This document shows, in pieces, positions 56,009 to 64,000 of a DNA stretch of 64,000 bases. Each line of letters begins with the position of its first letter. The first letter of the stretch is position 1. The notes beneath the pieces were generated by a model that saw only the letters and a program-made list of their open reading frames with translations, was not told where the DNA came from and made no database searches. The stretch lies in contig JAVCCL010000018.1 in the NCBI GenBank assembly GCA_030765505.1, positions 1,064-65,063 of the forward strand, given 5' to 3'. The translations under genes and the position numbers were made by a program. Origin of the DNA: Candidatus Kaelpia imicola. Lineage in GTDB: Bacteria; Omnitrophota; Gorgyraeia; Kaelpiales; Kaelpiaceae.

Positions 56009-57778
56009 ATGAAGTTTATTAACTTGCTTATTGCCTATGCTCTTATATTGAGTGTCCCGGTCTATGCGGATGAAGCAGCTAGTGCGGGGGATATGCAGCA
56101 GATTCTTGATAGATTGGACCAGCTTCAGGGTAAGGTAACTCAACTTGAGAGTAAGGTCAAAGAGCAGGATGAAGTGATTAAGAGGCAGAATCAGGCTCTG
56201 GATAAATTAGGTGAGATGGTACCGGAGGTTAAGAAAGCTATGGCACCGCCTGAGCCTAAGGTTGTTGTCAGTAATTTTGTCTTAAGCGGTGTAAATCTCT
56301 TTGATCCGATAGACTTTGAGCCTGTACTTAAGAAGTACAGGAGTAAAGAGTTAGGAATAAGCGACTTAAAGACTATATCCGATGAGTTAACAGCGTTCTA
56401 CCGTTCTAAAGGTTATATTACATCTCTTGCCTATGCTCCGACTCAGGAGATTGAGAATGAGACTGTTGAGTTTAGGGTAATAGAGGGTAGAGTAGGTAAT
56501 ATTGAATTGGAAGGCGGAGAGTACTTTAAGAAAGAGACAATGGCCAAGAGAATTACGATTGAAGAGGGTCAGGTCCTTAATTATGAAAGACTTCAGCGTG
56601 ATGTAAGAAAATTAAATAAGCAGCCTGACAGAACTATGAAGGCAATCCTTCTTCCGGGTCAAGATAAAGGAACAACAGATATACTCATCAAGATGGAAGA
56701 AGAGAGCGATCCAAAACATTTCTATTTCGACTGTAGTAATACTGGAACTGAAGAGACAAAGACAGCCCGTTTTGGTCTAGGTTTTGCTCATAATAATCTT
56801 CTTGGTTATGATGATATCTTATCCATTAAAGCTAGAGTCGGTGACTGGGATATCTACTCAATAAGCGCGGACTACAATGTTCCAATTAATAAGTATAATA
56901 CCCGTATCGGTGCCTATGGAATATTTTCTCATACGGATATAGGCGGTCAGTTTACAGTTATCGAGCCTGAGGGTTCAGCCACAGCATTAGGTGCATATAT
57001 TACTCACCCTCTATTTGATAAAGATTATTTTGATCCAGTGGCTATCAATCTATCAAGTGATGTTATAGCAGGACTTGATTTAATAGATGTTAAAAACATG
57101 CTGTTAGGTGAAGAGACTTCTCACGATGTCTTACGCGTTGCTAAATTAGGTATTAGCTTTGATGAGAGAGATGCATTGGGAAGAACGTTCTTTAATAATG
57201 AGTTTAGAGTTGGAATCGATGGGCTTGGTTCGATGGATAGCAATGATGAATCCTCATCCATTATAGATGCAGGAAGTGAGTTCATGAAATATACCGGTAC
57301 TCTAACTCGTATAACACGTCTTCCATTCAGCATGATGTTTATAAATAACTTAAAGTTCCAGCATACAAATAATCCGCTTGTTACAAGCGAACAGCTGAGT
57401 CTGGGCGGAGCTGATACAATAAGAGGTTATCCTCAGAATGATTACTTAGCAGACTTTGGTTATGTATGTACGTTGGAGCTGCGTACACCCGCATTTATAT
57501 TCCCACGTGAAATTAAAGTTCCTTACGATGATAAAAAGACTCCAATTATGGATGCAGTTCAGTTTGTATACTTTGTTGACTTTGGTAAAGGACATCGTAA
57601 GAATCCGCGTGTAGGTGAAACAAAAGATCAGTTTATGATTGGAACCGGTTTCGGTTTCAGGTTTGATCTATATGAACATCTGCGTGCCAGACTGGACTTT
57701 GGATTCCCTGCGGGTAATGAAGAACCTTCAGACGGATCCTCCGGTACAGTCCACGTAGGCGTACAATACGAATTCTAA
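56009..57778 (+). CDS. Two-partner-secretion outer-membrane transporter (TpsB; ShlB/FhaC/HecB family)
   Basis: Signal peptide, an approximately 60-aa coiled-coil N-region, a POTRA-like segment (ITSLAYAPTQEIENETVEFRVIEGRVGNIELEGGEYFKKETMAKRI), and a C-terminal beta-barrel ending in an aromatic residue (...VGVQYEF). Confidence 0.82.
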   Translation: MKFINLLIAYALILSVPVYADEAASAGDMQQILDRLDQLQGKVTQLESKVKEQDEVIKRQNQALDKLGEMVPEVKKAMAPPEPKVVVSNFVLSGVNLFDPIDFEPVLKKYRSKELGISDLKTISDELTAFYRSKGYITSLAYAPTQEIENETVEFRVIEGRVGNIELEGGEYFKKETMAKRITIEEGQVLNYERLQRDVRKLNKQPDRTMKAILLPGQDKGTTDILIKMEEESDPKHFYFDCSNTGTEETKTARFGLGFAHNNLLGYDDILSIKARVGDWDIYSISADYNVPINKYNTRIGAYGIFSHTDIGGQFTVIEPEGSATALGAYITHPLFDKDYFDPVAINLSSDVIAGLDLIDVKNMLLGEETSHDVLRVAKLGISFDERDALGRTFFNNEFRVGIDGLGSMDSNDESSSIIDAGSEFMKYTGTLTRITRLPFSMMFINNLKFQHTNNPLVTSEQLSLGGADTIRGYPQNDYLADFGYVCTLELRTPAFIFPREIKVPYDDKKTPIMDAVQFVYFVDFGKGHRKNPRVGETKDQFMIGTGFGFRFDLYEHLRARLDFGFPAGNEEPSDGSSGTVHVGVQYEF

Positions 57779-57963
57779 AGAAGTATTTGTTCTTTATATA
57801 TAAGCCTTTCCTTTATATATAGGAAGGTAGATGGAAAAAGCCGAATATGGACCTGACCAATAGGTTAGGATACTATAGAGAAGAAGAACTAGAAGTACAC
57901 AGGCGAAGAGAAGGAAGAAAGAAATAAAAAGATTAATAAACTTTTTAAAAAGGAGTAACTAAA

Positions 57964-60900
57964 ATGAATACCAAAAAAATGGGTATTTGTAATCGTTTTT
58001 TTAGAATACTGTTTGCAGCACTATTTTTGCAGTATATGGCACTGCCGCCTACCCCCGTCTATGCCGAGGGTTTGCCTACTGGTATATCTGACCAGATAGG
58101 CTCATCCACGGTTACTGTTGAAGGGGATGCAATGACCCATACAACAGGCGATATGAAGTATTGGGGTGATGCTGAGTCTTTTGATATCGGTGTCAATAAT
58201 ACTTTAAATAGTATTGGTCCTAATGCTGGTGCGGTTATGCTCTATAATGTTACAGGTGATGCTGGTTCTAGCTTAGCGGGTGTTTGGAACAGTAACTGTA
58301 ACCAATTCCTGCTTAACCCTAACGGTATACTATTTACTGAGACTGCTCAGTTAAACCTTGGAGGTCTTGTAGCATCAACTCTGTCTATGACAAAAGAGGA
58401 TTTCTTATCTGGTAGTTATGTGCTATCAGGAGCTGATGTAGTTACTCTTGGCAATAATATAATAAATGAAGGTGCTATTGAGACTACCAATCCTTTTGGT
58501 GTTACCTTTGCATCAGGTGCAATAAGAAATACAGGCTCTATTAAAGCTAATCTTGGTGTCGTTAATATGATATCAGGTAAAGGCGTTACCCTTAATGTTG
58601 CAGGAGATGGTTCTATTCAGGCAGCAGTATCTCAGGATTTACTTAATAATGTCTATGATTCTGATGGGAGAAGAGTAGCTGTTGGTGTTGATAATGTCGG
58701 AACTATTCAAGCTGATGGTGGTGAAATAAGAATAGAAGTAGGAGCAGTTCAGGATGTCTTTGATACTCTTATAAATCAAGAAGGTGTAGTAAGAGCTGGT
58801 TCATTGGTTGAGAAAAATGGAAAGATTGTACTTATTTCAGATGATGAAGGAATAATACAGAATACAGGTACTATAACAGCATCTGCCATTGAAGATGGAG
58901 CAGATGGTGGAACAATTGAGATGCGTGGTTCAAAAGTTGGTCAGTTTGGTGAAGTAAGAGTTGATGCACTTGGTGAAGGTGATGGTGGAAGTATAACTTT
59001 ATATGCTAATGATGTAGTTGCTTTATCAAGTGGAAGTATTACAACTGCTAATGCAAATGTGGATGGAAGTGGTGGTGAAATAATAGTTTATTCACCTGAG
59101 ACAGCTTTATTCTGGCAGAATGCAAGAATCGAAGCTAAAGGTGGTTCTGCTTCTGGAGATGGTGGATTTGTTGAGGTGTCAGGTAAAGAACACATTGAGA
59201 TATATGGTATAGTTGATGCTAGCGCAGCTAATGGCTCTAGCGGTTTGTTCTATATGGATCCTACCGATGTTACTCTTTCCGATGCGACAGTTGGTATGGA
59301 TAACTCTCCTACTTGGGATCCGATTGCTGTTGATCCTAATACTGGCACTATTAACGTAGCCACTATTGTAACATCTCTTGAAGCTGGTACATCTGTGTCA
59401 GTTGATACTTTTGATGATAATGCCGGTGGTGGTACTGGAAGAATTATCGTGGCTAACGCAATTAGTGTAGATTTATCAGCTGCTGGAGGATTGACTGTTG
59501 AGGCTCCTACGTTAACCCTGAATGCGCAGGATGATATTGATATTAACGCTTCAATTGGTGTAAGCGCTACTGATGCTGGTGGCGATTTGCTCAACTTAAC
59601 TTTGAACGCAACTAATGGTGTCGATGTTGGCGCTAATATCACCGATCTATCTGGCGGTACGTTTACATCCATTGGAACAACATTTAATAATACCGGTGGT
59701 GCAATTACCACTGGCGGTGGCGCAGTAGATCTTAGCGGGCACACAGGCGCAATAACTATCGGCGCAGCAATAAATGCTGGTGCTGGTACCTTTCATTCTC
59801 ATGGAACTAATTTTAATAACACTGATGGCATAATTACTACAACAGATACTAGCGCAACAGCTGTACAAATAAACAATACTGGGATAGTAACCATTGGTGC
59901 TAATATTCTATCTTCAGGCGAAATAACCATTGATAGTGCTTCAAGCGTTTCAGTAGCAGCCGCAGCAACTGGTAATACTTGTACTAATTTAGATATTGAT
60001 ACAACAGGTGCGTTTGCTGCAACTGGGGGTTCAAAAATTACCGGTGGCGGAGATGGAACAGACCTCAACATTAACGCGGCAGGCATAGCCTTAGATGGAA
60101 CAGCAGGCGGGCAGTTAATAAATACGGCAGGTGGAAAAATAACCCTTGTTTCAACTGGCGCTAATAGTGTATTTTTAGAAAATGATTCCATAAATAATGC
60201 AACAGGGCTTGTGAGTTTGACTTCAGCAGGCCAAATTAGAGGTTCTACCTTTGGCGGTAACGATGGTATTGCAGAAATTGATGCTGATGGTAATGTTACC
60301 TTTTCTGCCAATGGCACTGGTAATCCAGCCCAGCTTGAGATTACTGGCGATGGAAGTGGAGATAGCACTCTAACTATTACCAACACCGGAGCAAATAACG
60401 TAGATATCCAGGAATTAACCAATCAGTTCAACCAGGTTACTATTACCCAACAGAATGCTTCATCTTGGATTGACATAGATTTTAGCGATGCGGATCTTGT
60501 TGACATCGACGGCGCTATTATAGAGAACCTTGTCTTGAGCAATGGCGACGTAGGCTTTACCTATTCACTTACACCTGTCGCAGCTTTAAATGTCTGCGGA
60601 ACTGCCTTTACCACCGGAGCGACCTCTGCAGTAAGCATAACAGCAAATGGCGTAATTACTCAAACCAGTGCCGTAACAGTTAACGGAGGAGGCGTTACTT
60701 TTGCAGCCGGTGCAGCAAATGACATAACTTTAAGTAATGCCAATAATGATTTTATTGGTGCTGTAGCTGTTACTACGGGTGATGATGTAACTTTAAGAGA
60801 TGTAAATGCCATAATTTTAGGTGCATCCACTATTTCCGGAAACTTAGCCGTAACCTCTTCCGGTAATATAACCGATAATGGTAGCGCATTATCTGTAACG

Positions 60901-63900
60901 GGAACGACCACGCTGATCCCGGGAGCGGGAAACAGCATCATCTTGGATACTGCCGGAAACAATTTTACCGGCGCTGTATCAGTAACCAATGGAACAGATG
61001 CAACATTTGTAGATACCAATGCTTTGGCTATGGGGACAACGTCTATTACAGGAGTATTAACCCTTACAGCTGGCGGCAACATAACAGATAGTGGAGTAAT
61101 AACTGCAGGAACCCTTACCACAACCAATGCTACCGGATCTACGATATTGGATCAGAACAATATCATTTCTAACCTTGGTGCAACAATCACCTCCATCGGT
61201 GGCAACTTTGAGTTAACCAACACCACACCCCTTGCTTTAACCGATATAACAGCCACAGGCCATGATATAACCATAGACAACACTGGTAATGCTGTGACAT
61301 TTAATACAGGAAGCAATATAGCCGCGAATAACTTTACAGTAACAGCTTCAGCAATTACTACTTTGAATAATTCAGATTTAAGTGCTGTAGCTACTTCAAC
61401 AACACTTCAGCCTAATGCAGCAGGAACTGCTATAGGGCTAGCTGGCGGTGCAGGAGCATTCAGTCTTGATGCAAGTGAAATAACAGTTCTTAAGGCATCC
61501 GGCGGTTCGGTAGTAATAGGAAGAGTTGCGGGAGCAACAGGCGCGCTTACACTCGGAGCAGATGTAGACCTTGCAGGTAAAACTGCAACTATCTACAGCG
61601 GCCGAATTAATGATGCTAGTAATACAATTTCAGCAGACACTCTTACCTTAATTTTAAGTTCTACTGCAGCAGGCGGCAATACAGTAAAGACCAATGTAGC
61701 AACACTGGCAGCTGATACTACAGGCGGCACAGCCACAGCAGACAGAGCCTTGATTGTCACCGAAACAGATGGAGTAGCTCTGAGTACCATTACACTTAAT
61801 GACGGTGCATTAAATGTTACTACCAGCGGTGCAGTTACAACTTCAGGGGTAATTACTACTACCGGCATTACTACCATTGCAGCCGGCGCGGGGAATAATA
61901 TAACCCTTAACAATGCAGATAATGATTTCAGCACCGTAGCCATAACCACAGGTAACGATGTAACTTTAAGAGATACCAATGCTATAGTCTTAGGAGCATC
62001 TACTATTTCCGGAGCATTAGATGTAACATCCTCTGGCTCTATAACAGATAATGGCGGTGCATTAGTTGTAACCGGGACAACTACTCTTGCACCAGGTGCA
62101 GGAAGCAGTATTGTTTTAAATACCGCAACAAATGACTTCACCGGTGTTGTATCAATAACTAATGGCATAAATGCAACATTGGTAGATGTCGATGATATAA
62201 CCCTTGGAGCAATGGCAATTACCGGGACATTGAATATAACAGCTGGCGCTGCAATTGCAGATGATTTGATCCAGGCTACATTAGTAAATGCCTCCAGTTT
62301 GATTATGACTGCTGCAACGTCAATAGGTGCTGCAGGTGACGGAGATATTGATACGACGAGTGTTACTTCTTTGACAGTAGATGCCAATGATGATATATAC
62401 GTTGACGGTGATAGTCAGCTGGCATCATTGACAATCACATTAGATCCTAACGGAGCTGCAACATATGATTTGACAAACTTTACAAACCTTACAGAAAATA
62501 TTACTACAGATGGGACAAACCTGACAATAGCCCAATTAGACACAAGTACTGCTACGGCAATGTCCTTAACTGCAGATACAGGAAACATCGCAGTCACAAG
62601 TTTTGATTCTGTTACTACAGGTACACTTAATTTAACTGCCAGTAGCGGAAATATAGCTGTGGGAGAGATTGGGATAGCTACTGGAAGCGGAGATGTCACC
62701 TTAAGTGCATCCGGCACAATCACTGATTCTAATGCTAATGTAAATACCAATATTACTACTACAGGAGCTGTTAGCTTAACAGGTCTTACTGGCATTGGTA
62801 TAAGCGGTGGAGATGCTGTTGATATTGCAAGCGCCACAGCTTTGACGATTGACACCAATGGTTATTTTAGCGTTATCGGTACTGGCGGGGGATTAACCTT
62901 AACCGACCTGACAATAACTCTTGATACGGCTGGTGCTGGAGTATATTCGCTGACCGGTATCAACAACAACACCCTGACGCTGGTCGATGATGTTGGTAAT
63001 TTAACCCTGACAGCTTTTAATAACATAGGTACAACAAATCTTTCACTCACAAATGATACAGGAAATATTACAGTTGCAAGTTTTGATACAACCGGTGCAG
63101 GTACGCTTAGTTTGACTGCCAGTAGCGGAAATATAATTTTGACTAACGCTGCTGATACAATGGTTACCGGGAGCGGTGCCGTATCGGTTACAGCCAGCGG
63201 TACGATAAATGATACTGCTGATGCTGCAGGAAATGCAGTCACTACTACAGGAACTCTGACACTGGATTCAAATAGTACTATCGGAGCAAGTGGCAACTAT
63301 TTGGATGTAGAAGTTGATGGTCTAACTGTTGATAGTCAAGGTATAGCATATATACGTAATAATGTAGCCGCAGATACTACATTATATATTGATACCAATA
63401 ACACGGATTATCATTATATTCAGCCTACTAATAACATTCTTATTAATAGGGTAGATGCCGGGACTGCTGATGTTTATATAACAGCAACAGCAGGATCTGT
63501 ATTGGATCATGCTTCAGATTCTACAGTTGATATAATAGGCGATGATCTGACTATAATAATATCTAGTGGTGTTTATGATATTGGTGCCTCAGGTAATGCA
63601 CTTGATACTCAAGTTACTAATATCTATACTCTGTCTACAGCGAATGGTGACATCTACATTAATGAGACAGATAGCGGTGTTACACAGACTGGCGGAGCAG
63701 GAATTTCAGCTGTTGGGTCTGATGTAAATATTACAGTTGCAGGTCCTTATACAGCCAGCACTGCTATTTCTGCAGGTACAACTGGTACTATCACAATAGA
63801 TGTTAATGATAATGTTGCTGATGATGGAGTCTTTACTACCAATGCTGCTGGTACTCTAACTGCAGGTTCAGGTAGTGGTGGGATTACTATTACAGCAGAC

Positions 63901-64000
63901 GGCGGTGTCACTTTAGGTCTTGCTGCAGTAACAACAGACGGTGCTATCTCAATTGATGCTGATAATGATTCAAATAATATCGGTACATTTACAAGCAATG
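57964..64000 (+). CDS. Giant TpsA exoprotein (filamentous-hemagglutinin-like beta-helical adhesin/toxin), 5' end with TPS domain; 3' end beyond the window
   Basis: ATG at 57964 preceded by AAAAAGGAG. Extended signal peptide MNTKKMGICNRFFRILFAALFLQYMALPPTPVYA. TPS secretion domain with the hallmark ...NQFLLNPNGILFTETAQ... (NPNGI). The remainder is Gly/Thr/Asn/Ala/Val-rich beta-helix repeats. Frame 1 was checked open at roughly 15 spot points through to 64000. It is absent from the ORF track because there is no in-window stop. All minus-strand track ORFs in 59250-63998 are antisense artefacts. Confidence 0.85.
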   Translation, partial: MNTKKMGICNRFFRILFAALFLQYMALPPTPVYAEGLPTGISDQIGSSTVTVEGDAMTHTTGDMKYWGDAESFDIGVNNTLNSIGPNAGAVMLYNVTGDAGSSLAGVWNSNCNQFLLNPNGILFTETAQLNLGGLVASTLSMTKEDFLSGSYVLSGADVVTLGNNIINEGAIETTNPFGVTFASGAIRNTGSIKANLGVVNMISGKGVTLNVAGDGSIQAAVSQDLLNNVYDSDGRRVAVGVDNVGTIQADGGEIRIEVGAVQDVFDTLINQEGVVRAGSLVEKNGKIVLISDDEGIIQNTGTITASAIEDGADGGTIEMRGSKVGQFGEVRVDALGEGDGGSITLYANDVVALSSGSITTANANVDGSGGEIIVYSPETALFWQNARIEAKGGSASGDGGFVEVSGKEHIEIYGIVDASAANGSSGLFYMDPTDVTLSDATVGMDNSPTWDPIAVDPNTGTINVATIVTSLEAGTSVSVDTFDDNAGGGTGRIIVANAISVDLSAAGGLTVEAPTLTLNAQDDIDINASIGVSATDAGGDLLNLTLNATNGVDVGANITDLSGGTFTSIGTTFNNTGGAITTGGGAVDLSGHTGAITIGAAINAGAGTFHSHGTNFNNTDGIITTTDTSATAVQINNTGIVTIGANILSSGEITIDSASSVSVAAAATGNTCTNLDIDTTGAFAATGGSKITGGGDGTDLNINAAGIALDGTAGGQLINTAGGKITLVSTGANSVFLENDSINNATGLVSLTSAGQIRGSTFGGNDGIAEIDADGNVTFSANGTGNPAQLEITGDGSGDSTLTITNTGANNVDIQELTNQFNQVTITQQNASSWIDIDFSDADLVDIDGAIIENLVLSNGDVGFTYSLTPVAALNVCGTAFTTGATSAVSITANGVITQTSAVTVNGGGVTFAAGAANDITLSNANNDFIGAVAVTTGDDVTLRDVNAIILGASTISGNLAVTSSGNITDNGSALSVTGTTTLIPGAGNSIILDTAGNNFTGAVSVTNGTDATFVDTNALAMGTTSITGVLTLTAGGNITDSGVITAGTLTTTNATGSTILDQNNIISNLGATITSIGGNFELTNTTPLALTDITATGHDITIDNTGNAVTFNTGSNIAANNFTVTASAITTLNNSDLSAVATSTTLQPNAAGTAIGLAGGAGAFSLDASEITVLKASGGSVVIGRVAGATGALTLGADVDLAGKTATIYSGRINDASNTISADTLTLILSSTAAGGNTVKTNVATLAADTTGGTATADRALIVTETDGVALSTITLNDGALNVTTSGAVTTSGVITTTGITTIAAGAGNNITLNNADNDFSTVAITTGNDVTLRDTNAIVLGASTISGALDVTSSGSITDNGGALVVTGTTTLAPGAGSSIVLNTATNDFTGVVSITNGINATLVDVDDITLGAMAITGTLNITAGAAIADDLIQATLVNASSLIMTAATSIGAAGDGDIDTTSVTSLTVDANDDIYVDGDSQLASLTITLDPNGAATYDLTNFTNLTENITTDGTNLTIAQLDTSTATAMSLTADTGNIAVTSFDSVTTGTLNLTASSGNIAVGEIGIATGSGDVTLSASGTITDSNANVNTNITTTGAVSLTGLTGIGISGGDAVDIASATALTIDTNGYFSVIGTGGGLTLTDLTITLDTAGAGVYSLTGINNNTLTLVDDVGNLTLTAFNNIGTTNLSLTNDTGNITVASFDTTGAGTLSLTASSGNIILTNAADTMVTGSGAVSVTASGTINDTADAAGNAVTTTGTLTLDSNSTIGASGNYLDVEVDGLTVDSQGIAYIRNNVAADTTLYIDTNNTDYHYIQPTNNILINRVDAGTADVYITATAGSVLDHASDSTVDIIGDDLTIIISSGVYDIGASGNALDTQVTNIYTLSTANGDIYINETDSGVTQTGGAGISAVGSDVNITVAGPYTASTAISAGTTGTITIDVNDNVADDGVFTTNAAGTLTAGSGSGGITITADGGVTLGLAAVTTDGAISIDADNDSNNIGTFTSN
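60704..61110 (+). repeat. Intragenic ~400-bp repeat in tpsA, copy 1
   Basis: Protein-level AAGAANDITLSNANNDFIGAVAVTTGDDVTLRDVNAIILGASTISGNLAVTSSGNITDNGSALSVTGTTTLIPGAG... parallels copy 2 at 61880-62290. Confidence 0.6.
61880..62290 (+). repeat. Intragenic ~400-bp repeat in tpsA, copy 2
   Basis: AAGAGNNITLNNADNDFSTVAITTGNDVTLRDTNAIVLGASTISGALDVTSSGSITDNGGALVVTGTTTLAPGAG... A further shorter repeat pair lies at 62578-62660 and 63058-63140 (TGNIxVxSFD...GTLxLTASSGNI). Confidence 0.6.

Noticed and set aside
59250-63998. Eight minus-strand ORFs (60-264 aa) from the track, with Pro/Val/Ala/Ser/Ile-rich translations
   Set aside because: They lie antisense to the continuous + frame of the giant tpsA gene. 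Their compositions mirror the reverse complement of the Gly/Thr/Asn/Ala codons, and they carry no motifs or RBSs.

Overview
This 64 kb window comes from an AT-rich genome that is almost certainly diderm, because it encodes a TpsB/FhaC-type outer-membrane transporter. The organism looks anaerobic: a Rex-linked [FeFe]-hydrogenase cluster, L-lactate dehydrogenase and SufBCD/NifU genes are all present. About 55 of roughly 58 genes are on the + strand. Only hflK/hflC and one AT-rich cassette gene are on the minus strand.

Most of the window is housekeeping:
- TPM/LemA/M50 protease
- two GH65 phosphorylase loci
- an hflKC pair, a DEAD-box helicase and YchF
- rex-REC-hydC-hydB-hydA
- a contiguous gcvT-gcvH-gcvPA-gcvPB-lplA-lipA block
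- a Kef/CPA antiporter with CBS domains
- a cysK/COG1900/mnmA/nadA sulfur cluster
- fur-sufC-sufBD-nifU and ldh

The accessory part at 50.7-64.0 kb holds the most interesting signals.
- An OsmC-like gene interrupted by an in-frame TAG.
- An AT-rich single-gene cassette (HTH-GHKL ATPase-DUF4325) bracketed by a 44-bp composite direct repeat that also carries the gene's promoter.
- Two tandem secreted paralogs with superoxide-reductase-like iron-site motifs, followed by a DUF378 gene.
- An unusual three-gene two-partner-secretion locus: a secreted Lys/Glu-rich coiled-coil protein with three conserved TPR-like modules, translationally abutted to a TpsB transporter, followed by a giant TpsA exoprotein. 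The TpsA ORF is over 2000 aa within the window and still open at position 64000. It is missing from the supplied ORF track because it has no stop inside the window.

Other notable points:
- Three different in-frame stop codons and one frameshift split otherwise recognisable genes: TAA in a patatin-like phospholipase, TGA in an AAA ATPase paralog, TAG in OsmC, and an AT-slip frameshift in a flavoprotein.
- The HydA L1 motif reads TSCSP instead of TSCCP.
- A pyruvate kinase lacks its C-terminal domain.
- A beta-phosphoglucomutase/trehalose-6-phosphate phosphatase fusion sits next to a GH65 phosphorylase.
- An SGNH hydrolase has a TPR insertion.
- A palindromic operator overlapping a near-consensus promoter precedes both copies of a DUF4143 AAA ATPase.

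No rRNA, tRNA or CRISPR array was seen.
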